This document shows, piece after piece, positions 9,362 to 18,763 of a DNA stretch of 64,000 nucleotides. The translations under genes and the position numbers were made by a program. The stretch comes from Fidelibacterota bacterium (GTDB taxonomy: Bacteria > Fidelibacterota > Marinisomatia > Marinisomatales > TCS56), in contig JBDRBK010000060.1 in the NCBI GenBank assembly GCA_043822705.1, forward strand, positions 1 to 64,000. The letters are read 5' to 3'. Numbering within the stretch: position 1 is the first letter of the stretch; the number at the start of each line of letters is the position of its first letter. The notes beneath the pieces are model-generated. The model saw nothing but the letters and a program-made list of their open reading frames with translations, searched no databases and was not told the DNA's origin.

Positions 9362-10359
9362 TGAAAGCGCTTATTCTCCACGACACGGTCGCCGCCGATG
9401 CCGCCCCGGATACTCAGGACGTCCTGGTCCAGGCTCGGCATGTGCGGCAAGCGCTGGAAGAACTTGGTTATACGGTTGAAATAATCCCGGTAACACTCGA
9501 TATGGAAACGCTCCGCCGCCGATTGGTTACGGCCGGACCGGAAATCGTTTTCAATCTGGTGGAGTCGATCGCCAACCAGGGGTGTTTCAGCGCCTGGGTA
9601 CCGGCGTTGCTGGATTCCCTGGATTTGGCCTATACCGGCGCCAGTGCCGAGACGTTGTTCCTGACATCAAGTAAATTATTGACCAAACAATTGCTGCAGG
9701 CGCAGGGATTGCCGACACCAGCCTGGGAAACCAGAATATCACTGACTGGTGGAAAAGCATTTGAACCGGGCGAATATATTATCAAACCGGTCTGGGAAGA
9801 CGCCAGCATCGGTCTGGATGAGGATTCGGTTGTAGCGGTTGAAACGGCTCGGGAGCTGGCACACGCCTGGACGAAAATACCTGGCATCGATAGTCTGGAA
9901 TGTTTCGCGGAACGCTACATCTCCGGCCGTGAATTTGCTGTTGCATTGATTGCTGACGGCGATCGGGCATGGACGCTACCGCCGGCAGAAATGGTTTTTA
10001 ATGATTATGCTCCCGGTAAGCACCGGATTCTGGGCTACCGGGCCAAGTGGGACGAAGAGTCGTTTGAATATCGCCATACCAACCGGCGTTTCGACCTGCC
10101 GGCCGAAGATCATGCTCTGGCGCTGACCCTGACCGCGCTGGCCGACCGGAGCTGGTCCGCAGGTGGCGGTCGCGGATACGGCCGTGTGGATTTCCGGGTC
10201 GATGAGGCTGGCCATCCCTGGATTCTGGAAATCAATGCCAATCCCTGTCTGGCGCCGGATGCCGGTTTCACGGCTGCCGCCGAACGGGCCGGCCTGACCT
10301 TCACTGGAACAATCGATCTGATCGTCCGTGACGCACTCCGGCGTAAAAACCACAGGTAA
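9361..10359 (+). CDS. D-Ala-D-Ala ligase-like ATP-grasp amide ligase 2
   Basis: VFNLVES, IIKPVWEDASIG, ERYISGREF, RVDFR, LEINANPC; TGATG coupling to ligase 1. Confidence 0.85.
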   Translation: MKALILHDTVAADAAPDTQDVLVQARHVRQALEELGYTVEIIPVTLDMETLRRRLVTAGPEIVFNLVESIANQGCFSAWVPALLDSLDLAYTGASAETLFLTSSKLLTKQLLQAQGLPTPAWETRISLTGGKAFEPGEYIIKPVWEDASIGLDEDSVVAVETARELAHAWTKIPGIDSLECFAERYISGREFAVALIADGDRAWTLPPAEMVFNDYAPGKHRILGYRAKWDEESFEYRHTNRRFDLPAEDHALALTLTALADRSWSAGGGRGYGRVDFRVDEAGHPWILEINANPCLAPDAGFTAAAERAGLTFTGTIDLIVRDALRRKNHR

Positions 10360-10362
10360 ATA

Positions 10363-10881
10363 ATGAAATCCCGCCTACTGCAATTGTCTTTCCGTACCAC
10401 CGTTACCACCGCTGACGTGCATAACATTCGCCGCTTATTGCAGGCCAATAAACGTTATTTCTATCCGCACGAGGTCAAAACCGCCGTCGAACTGGTCACA
10501 GAACGACTCGCCAAGCGCCGTCGCAGCGGCTACTGGTTTATCTTTGCTGAATCTGAGGGACGAGTCGTCGGTTATACCTGTTTTGGTCCGATTCCCTGTA
10601 CGGCCGCCGGCTTCGATCTGTACTGGATCACCGTCCATCCCGACTGGCAGGGGCGGGGGATCGGGCGGGAACTGCTGGAAAGAACCGAGAAGGCCATCCG
10701 GCGGCGGCGGGGCCAACGGATTTATATTGAGACTTCCGGCCGGCCGGTGTACGCGACAACCCGCGCCTTTTATGGGCGCTGCGGTTATGACGAAACGGCG
10801 ATTCTACCGGAATTTTATGGTCCCGATGACGATAAATTCATCTATTCTAAACGAATGAGCGAGGCGGCTGAACAACAATAA
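10363..10881 (+). CDS. GNAT family N-acetyltransferase
   Basis: LYWITVHPDWQGRGIG acetyl-CoA motif A; FY..CGY. Confidence 0.9.
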   Translation: MKSRLLQLSFRTTVTTADVHNIRRLLQANKRYFYPHEVKTAVELVTERLAKRRRSGYWFIFAESEGRVVGYTCFGPIPCTAAGFDLYWITVHPDWQGRGIGRELLERTEKAIRRRRGQRIYIETSGRPVYATTRAFYGRCGYDETAILPEFYGPDDDKFIYSKRMSEAAEQQ

Positions 10882-10998
10882 TCTGATCTGTTATATCGGC
10901 AATCAGTTGTTGATATTTATCTTCCGCCGGACGGAACTTTCACCGACTCAAACCGGTTAATAGCTGCCCCGGTCAGTTGCTACTGAAATGGAAAACTA

Positions 10999-11604
10999 AT
11001 GGAAAGTTTTTTTGATTCTACTCTGTTCCACTGGGTGATTCTGCCGCTGCTGATTTTTCTGGCGCGAATCCTCGATGTATCGATCGGTACGGTACGGATT
11101 ATTTTTGTATCCCGTGGTTTGAAAATGATGGCGGCTTTTCTGGGCTTCGTGGAAGTGCTGATATGGATCAGCGTCATCGGTCAGGTCCTGCAGAATCTGA
11201 CCAATCCGGTAACCTACATCGCATATGCCGCCGGCTTTGCCACCGGCAATTATATCGGAATACTGATCGAGCAGCGCATCTCGATCGGTAAAATCATCAT
11301 CCGGATCATTACCGCCGACAACACCGATGATCTGCGCAAACATCTGAAATCGCACAGCATCCGCTACACTGTCATCGATGCCGCCGGCAGCACCGGCAGC
11401 GTCCAGTTATTATTTACGATCATGGACCGTAGTAAACTCCCGCTTATGCTGGAAAAAATCAATAAGTACAATCCCACTGCGTTTTATTCGATCGAGGATG
11501 TCCGGCAGGTTCGCGAGGGCGAATTCCCCGGTTCGTTCCGGCCAGTCAACGCCCGGCGACCGTTTTCCCGGATCCGGCAGTTTTCGATCATGAAGAAGAA
11601 ATAA
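10999..11604 (+). CDS. DUF2179/UPF0316 family membrane protein (N-terminal TM helices, C-terminal PII-like domain)
   Basis: ARILDVSIGTVR, YAAGFATGNYIG, C-terminal AFYSIEDVR. Confidence 0.8.
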   Translation: MESFFDSTLFHWVILPLLIFLARILDVSIGTVRIIFVSRGLKMMAAFLGFVEVLIWISVIGQVLQNLTNPVTYIAYAAGFATGNYIGILIEQRISIGKIIIRIITADNTDDLRKHLKSHSIRYTVIDAAGSTGSVQLLFTIMDRSKLPLMLEKINKYNPTAFYSIEDVRQVREGEFPGSFRPVNARRPFSRIRQFSIMKKK

Positions 11605-11609
11605 CCGCC

Positions 11610-12899
11610 ATGTCGTTGATCAACGACTATATCGCTCAATATCTGCGCGAGCTGGATTTTTACCGCGAAGTGGCCCGCATCTGCGCCCAGCAATGTGAGA
11701 ACGAACTGGAGCAGAATGGTATCCGCGCCATCGTAACCAATCGGGTGAAACGCTCCGACCGGGTCCGGAAAAAAATCGAGGCGCGCAATAAAAAGAAGCA
11801 TTACCGCAATTTCGAAGATATCAGCAATGATGTCATGGACCTGGCCGGGGTGCGGATCGCCCTGTACTTTCCGGCGGACCAGACGGAAGTGGACCGGATC
11901 ATAAAAAATGGCTTCGAGGTACTCAAAATAATCGAATTTCCCAAGCCGCCGGACACGGAAAAATTCAAGCGCAGCAATCCCGGTTACCGGGCCGTGCATT
12001 ACCGGGTGCGGCTCCAGAAAAAAAATCTGTCGGACTCCCAGTTGAAATTCCTCAGCGCCAATATTGAAATCCAGGTAGCTTCGATCCTGATGCACGCCTG
12101 GGCGGAGGTGGATCACGATCTGGTTTACAAATCAATCGACAAGGCCCCGTCCGCCGAAGAAATTGATATTCTGGAAGAGCTGAATGGTCTGGTCCTGCTG
12201 GGTGAGAAAGTGCTGAATCGCCTGTACAAGAGTATCGAACGGCGGGTCGAGCGTGAAAATTTCTCCAATCACTATGAACTGGCGGCCCATCTCTATTCCC
12301 TGGTTAAAATCAATCCGGTCGGTACGGTCGCCGAGCCGGACATGGGCCGGACCGATATTTTATTCCGCTTCCTGACCTCGATCGATGGCAATAATCCCGG
12401 TTTTCTCCAGGAACGGGTCAAGCATATCCGGTCCGACCTACCGGTTGTCCGGCAGATTGTCGACGACCTGATCTTTGCCGACGCCCGGCTGTATGATTTA
12501 TTCATCAGCGCCAAGCAGGAGGTCGGCGCCCGTGCACCCTATGATTACAACGATACCTATTTCCACAAGGAGTTGACCAGTAACCTGCGACGGGACTTTT
12601 TACGCGTGTGGATTATGCTGGAAAAAATTACCGATTCGATAAAAGGTGATAAACTATCGCTCCTGTGTAATGAAGACCTGATTACGTTCGCCAGAAAATG
12701 GTCGTTACCCGATAAAGACCTGATGTCACTGGAGAAATTCAAGGATCTACGCAACGATCTGATTCACGGACTGGATCCGCCGTCACCCCGGGTACTGGAA
12801 GAAGGAATCGCCACGCTTAAGGGAATTCTTACCGTAATTTCACCCAGCTTGCCCGAACGGTTGCGGACCGAAATAAAACGTCTCAAAATATCGGGGTAA
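11610..12899 (+). CDS. RelA/SpoT-domain small alarmone synthetase with C-terminal HEPN-like domain
   Basis: Synthetase motifs RVK, DLAGVRI, GYRAVHY, EIQVASILMHAWAEVDHDLVYK; C-terminal FLRVWIMLE...LRNDLIHG (RxxxxH). Confidence 0.85.
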   Translation: MSLINDYIAQYLRELDFYREVARICAQQCENELEQNGIRAIVTNRVKRSDRVRKKIEARNKKKHYRNFEDISNDVMDLAGVRIALYFPADQTEVDRIIKNGFEVLKIIEFPKPPDTEKFKRSNPGYRAVHYRVRLQKKNLSDSQLKFLSANIEIQVASILMHAWAEVDHDLVYKSIDKAPSAEEIDILEELNGLVLLGEKVLNRLYKSIERRVERENFSNHYELAAHLYSLVKINPVGTVAEPDMGRTDILFRFLTSIDGNNPGFLQERVKHIRSDLPVVRQIVDDLIFADARLYDLFISAKQEVGARAPYDYNDTYFHKELTSNLRRDFLRVWIMLEKITDSIKGDKLSLLCNEDLITFARKWSLPDKDLMSLEKFKDLRNDLIHGLDPPSPRVLEEGIATLKGILTVISPSLPERLRTEIKRLKISG

Positions 12900-13024
12900 T
12901 CAAAGAACCTTCCTTAATTGTACGTCGTCGGGCCCACTGACGGTAAAAATTTTGTTTACTACTATCGACTCCTGCCGTATTTTCGGTAAAGCGGGGGCCA
13001 ACCGCAATCCGGAAAGGAACTACC

Positions 13025-13423
13025 ATGGATAAACCGATCTCGGTTAAAGATATCATGGCCAGGAATATTATTACTTTTCATCCGGACCAGAATGCCTCCG
13101 AAGTCATTGATCGTCTAATCGGCGCCGGTATTTCCGGAGGCGCGGTCGTCGATGCCGAAAATCGTCTGATCGGCGTCATCTCGGAGAAGGATTGTCTCAA
13201 AACGATCGTCAAGTCGTCCTACTACGACAGCATGGGCGCCCTGGTTTCCGATCTCATGTCCACAACCGTAGCAACTGTGGATGCCAACGACAGCATCCAC
13301 TCGGTGGCCCAGAAATTCCTGGATTCCCACTACCGGCGTTTTCCGGTCCTCGAGGATGGAAAGCTTATAGGTCAGGTCAGCCGCCGCGACATATTGCGGG
13401 CGGTCCAGCACATTCCGCATTGA
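13025..13423 (+). CDS. Stand-alone CBS-domain pair protein
   Basis: VKDIM..., GVISEKD, VSDLMS, FPVLEDGKLIGQVSRRD. Confidence 0.9.
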   Translation: MDKPISVKDIMARNIITFHPDQNASEVIDRLIGAGISGGAVVDAENRLIGVISEKDCLKTIVKSSYYDSMGALVSDLMSTTVATVDANDSIHSVAQKFLDSHYRRFPVLEDGKLIGQVSRRDILRAVQHIPH

Positions 13424-13576
13424 GCCAATTTATTGGCGAATTTTTAATGTTCGCGTCGATAATTTCCGCACTGGTACCGGACAGCGCAGGGAAAAATTAA
13501 CCCTGGAAAAACTGCCGTCCGGTTAAACGGAATACGGGAAACAGCGAAAAATTTACCTTTCAGCGGCATTCGGAAA

Positions 13577-14596
13577 ATGAAAATCAGTTTGTTATTTTGT
13601 TTGTTCCTGACCTGTTATCCCGCCTGGGGATTCGATTGGTGGATAACGGATTTCATTGCTGATTCGGTGACAGTTTCCGTGCCCGGCGATTCAAATTTCG
13701 CCCCGTCGCTGATTCGTATTGTCGAAGATCACCGCGATCTGCCCGGCCGGCTGCTGGGAATCGGTTCCAGAAAAAAATTACGTTATATCCCGGTCGACCA
13801 GTATTACATCTTGAACCAGCCGCTGGCCGATCTCTGTGATTATCATTTCAAGGAGGTACCAATCGACTCCGGATATCGGCTGGTCATCGACAATCTGACC
13901 TTCTGGTACGATCGCAATGGTATCTTCACCAAAGGTGATAAGCTGAACGGCTACACCAAGTTGATCGACGGGGCAGATGTTGTGGTTGCCGACTGGCAGT
14001 GGGAATACCGGCAACGCAAGCGACGCAAGCAGGAACCGGCGGAGTTGATGGGCCAGTTACTGACCGTCTGGCTGGCTGATCAGCGTGCCGTTCTGGAACA
14101 ACCGCTGACTGATGCGATGATTGCGCCCCGTCCCTATCGGCGGCAATTGACGATCTGGACCGACGTCATCCGCCTGGGCGACGGTTATATCCTGGATAAT
14201 CGCCTGGCACTGGCCTTTCCCGATGATGAGACGAACCGGTCGAGCAGCGGGGTGCGGGGCCTGTACTACCGCAAATCGGCCCTGCATGAATCCGCCAGCC
14301 TGGGTGGCCCCGACCAGCAGTGGTATTTTCGCTTCCGTGAAAGCTGGCGGCTGCGCATCGGAATCAGCATCCGTTTCGGTTTCAACACCATCAATGATAA
14401 AATGTTCGACAATGTGGACTGGTGGAATATTTTCATGATCAATACCGGTGCGGTGACCGCTGTGGAATACCGCCCGCGCTATTGGCGTGGTGTTTTCGCC
14501 GGTGCCGGTATCTACCAGCAATTGAATCTGCTGCCGGATCTGATCGATCGTTATGAGTTCGGGACGCTGCTGACAATCGGGATTAATCTGCCATGA
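13577..14596 (+). CDS. Hypothetical exported/outer-membrane protein
   Basis: Signal peptide; alternating-pattern C-terminal strands; ATGA overlap with the TonB receptor gene. Confidence 0.65.
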   Translation: MKISLLFCLFLTCYPAWGFDWWITDFIADSVTVSVPGDSNFAPSLIRIVEDHRDLPGRLLGIGSRKKLRYIPVDQYYILNQPLADLCDYHFKEVPIDSGYRLVIDNLTFWYDRNGIFTKGDKLNGYTKLIDGADVVVADWQWEYRQRKRRKQEPAELMGQLLTVWLADQRAVLEQPLTDAMIAPRPYRRQLTIWTDVIRLGDGYILDNRLALAFPDDETNRSSSGVRGLYYRKSALHESASLGGPDQQWYFRFRESWRLRIGISIRFGFNTINDKMFDNVDWWNIFMINTGAVTAVEYRPRYWRGVFAGAGIYQQLNLLPDLIDRYEFGTLLTIGINLP

Positions 14597-16914
14597 TCAC
14601 CCGGATTCTCCTCATTTGTCTGTTGACGATGGCCTGGCTGCCGGCGGTGAATATCAGCGGTTATGTCGCCGATCAGGAATCAGGTGAAACGATTATCGGC
14701 GTCAACGTGATCGTGGGCGGCAGCGGCCTGGGCGCGGCCACCGACCGGAAAGGCTTTTTCACGGTTTCCGGCGTCCCGGAAGGCGATTATACCCTGCGCT
14801 TTTCCCATATCGCTTATCGGGAAAAGACACTGGCGGTGGTCGTGACCGGCCGGGATCTGTTCCTGGGGACGGTGGTAATCGAGACGAGCCCGGTGGCGCT
14901 GGAGGCGATCACGGTAACCGGCAATCGCGGCAAAATCATCCAGCGGGATATGGATATATCGGCTTTCGAGGTCGATCCGCTGGTCTTGAAAGAAGCCCCG
15001 ACCCTGGGCCGTGATGTCTTCCGGTTGATCCAGTATTCACCCGGAGTCACGATTTCCGATCCGCTGTCACCGCTGTATTACGTGCGCGGCAGCGATCCCG
15101 GCGAAAACCTGGTCCTGCTGGATGGCATGACGATCTACAATCCGCAGCACACCCTCAGCCTGCAGGCTATTTTTAATCCCTATGCGATAAAAAATATTGA
15201 GATGCTGGTCGGTGGTTTTGACGCCGAGTTCGGTGGCCGGAATTCATCGATCCTGTACATTTCTTCGCGGGAAGGACACCAGGAAGAGGTCAAGGGCGAA
15301 TTCAAACCGTCGATTTCCGGAATCAACGGGGCGGTGGAATTCCCGGTGGGGAACGGCGGTACGGCCATGCTGTCAGGCCGCTTCGAATATGCGCTGCTGA
15401 GCCGGGTGATGCTGAATATGCCCAATTATATGTCCGACCTCAACGGTTCCTGGCAGAATACATTCGGAAACACCAAGGTCCGCGTCTCGACCTTTTACGC
15501 CCGCGATTACATCGATTACGATTTTCATCGCTACGGGATTTATTTTACCGAACAGTACATGAAGGATTACAGCTTCGGCTTTCTGACCAACACCGCCAAC
15601 ATGGCCGCCGGTGTTCAGACCCGGTCGATTCTGGCGCCCAGTCTGGTGGCCGAAACGCATATCTATAATTCCCGTTTCGAAGTTTATAATAAAAACTTTT
15701 TCAGCTTCAGCACGTTCGATTCGATCAATAATATCGACTACGTCTTGAAGTATGACACCCGCATTACTAATAAGATCGCTGATTTCACCGCCCGGGCCAG
15801 CCTGACCTGGTTCGCATTCTGGAAGCAGACCGTCAAACTGGGCCTGGAACGCAATAATTTCAATTTCTATAACGATACCGGCCTGTATTCCAGCGCATCA
15901 TCTGTGACCGATCAACCGGCGCAACTTACGGCCTGGTTCCTGCAGGATAAGCTCGCGCTGGGACCGTTGCTGCTGAAATTCGGCCTGCGCCGGGCCCGGT
16001 TCGGCACAGTGAATCAATGGCGCAGCGAACCACGGGCGTCGCTGGCATTGCGCTGGGGCCGGAATACATTGAAGGCCGCCTGGGGCCGCTATCACCAGTA
16101 TATCGCCACGATGAACACCCAGGATTTCGAGATCAGCCAGTTTCTCGATTATTATTATCCGCTGCTGGCGACGGAACCGTTGGAGTCGGTCCATTACATT
16201 CTCAGCCTGGAAGGCAGTGTTAATCCCCGCCTGAATTACTCGGTATCGGCCTACTACAAGGATTTGCCGGTATTGTACCGGTTCGATTACAATACATCGG
16301 CCAGTTCGATCCTGGCCTACAACGCCGACCTGGAACGGGGCAGCGGTGTGGCCTATGGCGCCGAAATCGTCCTGCGCGGCGACTGGCACCAGTTTTCGGG
16401 CTGGACCAGCTATACCTGGTCGCGCTCGACCCGCAGCTATCCTTCGATCCAGGGTGGAAAGGACTACCTTTATGACGGCGATCAGACCCACAACCTGAAA
16501 GCGGTGCTGCTGTACAAACTGACCGACCAGATCACCGCCAGCACGACGGTCACCCTGGCTTCCGGATTTCCGCGGACCTGGGAAACGGGGAATATCAACC
16601 GTTATACCTACGATCCGGTTGACAACACGGTGGGCATCTTCAGCGAGCCCTACACGCCGGTCAAAAACAATGTTCGATACCCCACACGCATCATCTGGGA
16701 TATCGGCTGGAAAAAGAAACTGCGCGAAGGGTTCGGCTATTATCTGGCCGAATACCTCGGCTCCGATGAAGCCTACATGAATCTTTCGATCCAGAATCTG
16801 CTGTTCCTGGTTCGCAACCCCTACATGTATGTCTACATTCCGAAATATGGCTACTACGGCTATGATATCTATTTTGTGCCGACGGTCAGTTTCGGCTACA
16901 GTATCAAATTTTAG
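14593..16914 (+). CDS. TonB-dependent receptor (carboxypeptidase-regulatory-like N-domain, plug, barrel)
   Basis: ISGYVAD..SGE.IIGVNV, YVRGS....NLVLLDG..IYNP.H, GGFDAEFGGR.SS, C-terminal F. Confidence 0.9.
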   Translation: MITRILLICLLTMAWLPAVNISGYVADQESGETIIGVNVIVGGSGLGAATDRKGFFTVSGVPEGDYTLRFSHIAYREKTLAVVVTGRDLFLGTVVIETSPVALEAITVTGNRGKIIQRDMDISAFEVDPLVLKEAPTLGRDVFRLIQYSPGVTISDPLSPLYYVRGSDPGENLVLLDGMTIYNPQHTLSLQAIFNPYAIKNIEMLVGGFDAEFGGRNSSILYISSREGHQEEVKGEFKPSISGINGAVEFPVGNGGTAMLSGRFEYALLSRVMLNMPNYMSDLNGSWQNTFGNTKVRVSTFYARDYIDYDFHRYGIYFTEQYMKDYSFGFLTNTANMAAGVQTRSILAPSLVAETHIYNSRFEVYNKNFFSFSTFDSINNIDYVLKYDTRITNKIADFTARASLTWFAFWKQTVKLGLERNNFNFYNDTGLYSSASSVTDQPAQLTAWFLQDKLALGPLLLKFGLRRARFGTVNQWRSEPRASLALRWGRNTLKAAWGRYHQYIATMNTQDFEISQFLDYYYPLLATEPLESVHYILSLEGSVNPRLNYSVSAYYKDLPVLYRFDYNTSASSILAYNADLERGSGVAYGAEIVLRGDWHQFSGWTSYTWSRSTRSYPSIQGGKDYLYDGDQTHNLKAVLLYKLTDQITASTTVTLASGFPRTWETGNINRYTYDPVDNTVGIFSEPYTPVKNNVRYPTRIIWDIGWKKKLREGFGYYLAEYLGSDEAYMNLSIQNLLFLVRNPYMYVYIPKYGYYGYDIYFVPTVSFGYSIKF

Positions 16915-16925
16915 GTGAATGGATC

Positions 16926-17693
16926 ATGGCAGGTAAATTACTGATCACAATGATTTTCCTCCTGGCCGCTGGCTGCGATCTGCCCCAGGAACCGGGCCGA
17001 ATGCCCACCAGCCTGACCGCTACCGAGTTCGAGCCCGGCCATAATGTGTTCGGAATGCTGCGCCTCGACGGCCGCCCCGGTTCCTCCTTCATCCGAGTGG
17101 AGCGGGCCTGGGAAACGGAAGAAACGGATGATGAATTTGATTCGGTGATCCGCGACGCCGGCGTGACCGTGATCGGCGACAGCGGCAGCTGGCAGTTCGA
17201 GTTCACCGCCGACAGCAGCGACGGCGATAATTATTATCATCCCGATTTCATGCCGCAGGCGGGCTGCACCTACGATCTGATCGTCGAATCGCCCGGATTG
17301 CCGACGCTGACCGGCAAGACTACGGTCCCGTACCCGCCGCTGCTGACCGCCGCTGATATCCTGATCGGTGCTAATTCGGTGACTCTGACCATTCCGGCCG
17401 AGCCGACAATCATACTCTACGATATTTACCTGCTGTCGGCCGCCGACCAGTTGGCCCGTCGGGTGGTCAGTAACGGTCAGGCGGTCACTGTCGCAATCGA
17501 TCCGGACAAGCTGAATGGTCCGGCGCAGCGTCTATTAATCTATGGCTATGATGCCAATCTGGCGGCCTATCAGACCACGCCCACGACGATCAAGCCCCAG
17601 ACCTACCATGAATCGACGATCACGGTCAACGGCGGTTACGGTTGTTTTGGCGCCGTGGCAGTGACGGAAATCATTCTGCAGGAAGTAAATTGA
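16926..17693 (+). CDS. DUF4249-like lipoprotein
   Basis: Lipobox LAAGC; C-terminal V.GGYGCFGA; follows a TonB receptor. Confidence 0.65.
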   Translation: MAGKLLITMIFLLAAGCDLPQEPGRMPTSLTATEFEPGHNVFGMLRLDGRPGSSFIRVERAWETEETDDEFDSVIRDAGVTVIGDSGSWQFEFTADSSDGDNYYHPDFMPQAGCTYDLIVESPGLPTLTGKTTVPYPPLLTAADILIGANSVTLTIPAEPTIILYDIYLLSAADQLARRVVSNGQAVTVAIDPDKLNGPAQRLLIYGYDANLAAYQTTPTTIKPQTYHESTITVNGGYGCFGAVAVTEIILQEVN

Positions 17694-17744
17694 AACCATT
17701 CATTTTTATCTTGAAAACAGAATTTAACATAATGGAGAGTTGAA

Positions 17745-18611
17745 ATGATCGGAATCTGGATTGGCGTGATCGCCGGGTTGGTACTGTTGGTCGTGGTGGC
17801 TCTGACCCGGGTCTACCACAATCCCCAGGTGCCCCACCAGACTACCCCGGATCAATTTGACATTGATTTCGAAGTCGTCCGTTTCCCGACCCGTAATAAC
17901 TGTTCTCTGTACGGCTGGTGGATTCCCGATGTCGATACGACCGAATCGCTGCCGACCCTGATTCTGGTGCATGGTTTTTCTCGCAATGTCGAGCGGATGC
18001 TGCCGTATATCCGGAATCTGCACGGGCAGGGTTTTCACCTGCTGGCCTTTGACGCCCGCCACCACGGCAGCAGCGACCCCGATAAATTTTCTTCCATGTT
18101 GAAATTTGCCGAGGATATTCGGGCGGCCGTCGATTTTGTGGAGCACCGGGCCGGCGTCGATCCCCGCCGGATCGGCGTGCTGGGACTGTCGATCGGGGGC
18201 GCCGGTACGATTTACGCCGCCGCCCACGACGAGCGCATCCGGGCGGGCGTCACCGTCGGCGCTTTCGCCCATCCCGAAGCGGTGATGCGGCTGGAATTCC
18301 GCAAACGGCGTTTCCCGTATATTCCTTTCGTCTGGCTGTTATTTCGTTTCATGGAGTATCGGATCGGCGCCCGCTTCGACGATATCGCGCCCATCAACAA
18401 CATCCGCCAGGTGAAAGCCGCGCTGCTGCTGGTGCACGGGCAGGATGATCAAACGGTGCCGGTGGAACAGGGCGAGCATTTATATGCGACGGCCATCCCG
18501 GACCGCACCGAATTATGGCTGCAACCCGGCCGCGGTCACTCCGATTGCCACTTGGAACCGGATTTCTGGGAGCGGCTCGATTGTTTTTTCAACAATGCTT
18601 GGATAAAATAA
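17745..18611 (+). CDS. Membrane-anchored alpha/beta hydrolase
   Basis: LVHGF, DARHHGSS, GLSIGG nucleophile elbow, HGQDD, GH. Confidence 0.9.
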   Translation: MIGIWIGVIAGLVLLVVVALTRVYHNPQVPHQTTPDQFDIDFEVVRFPTRNNCSLYGWWIPDVDTTESLPTLILVHGFSRNVERMLPYIRNLHGQGFHLLAFDARHHGSSDPDKFSSMLKFAEDIRAAVDFVEHRAGVDPRRIGVLGLSIGGAGTIYAAAHDERIRAGVTVGAFAHPEAVMRLEFRKRRFPYIPFVWLLFRFMEYRIGARFDDIAPINNIRQVKAALLLVHGQDDQTVPVEQGEHLYATAIPDRTELWLQPGRGHSDCHLEPDFWERLDCFFNNAWIK

Positions 18612-18619
18612 TTTAATGC

Positions 18620-18675
18620 GGGCACGATACAGCGTGCCCCCACATTTAACAAATGGCAAGTGCCCGGCACTTGCC
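18620..18675. repeat. Two REP-like palindromes
   Basis: gggcacg-atacag-cgtgccc and perfect ggcaagtgcc-c-ggcacttgcc. Confidence 0.6.
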
Positions 18676-18763
18676 TTAATGACTTACTCATGTCGCTCAC
18701 GATAATCATCAAATTCTAACATATTAGTTACGCCATTTCCCCGAACCGGTTTAAATTTAATCC

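Noticed and set aside
3305..10359. Glycopeptide-resistance (vanHAX-like) cluster from VanX plus Ddl-like genes
   Set aside because: No vanH or vanRS is present, the ligases lack canonical Ddl/VanA N-terminal motifs, and they sit in a KamA/GNAT operon.
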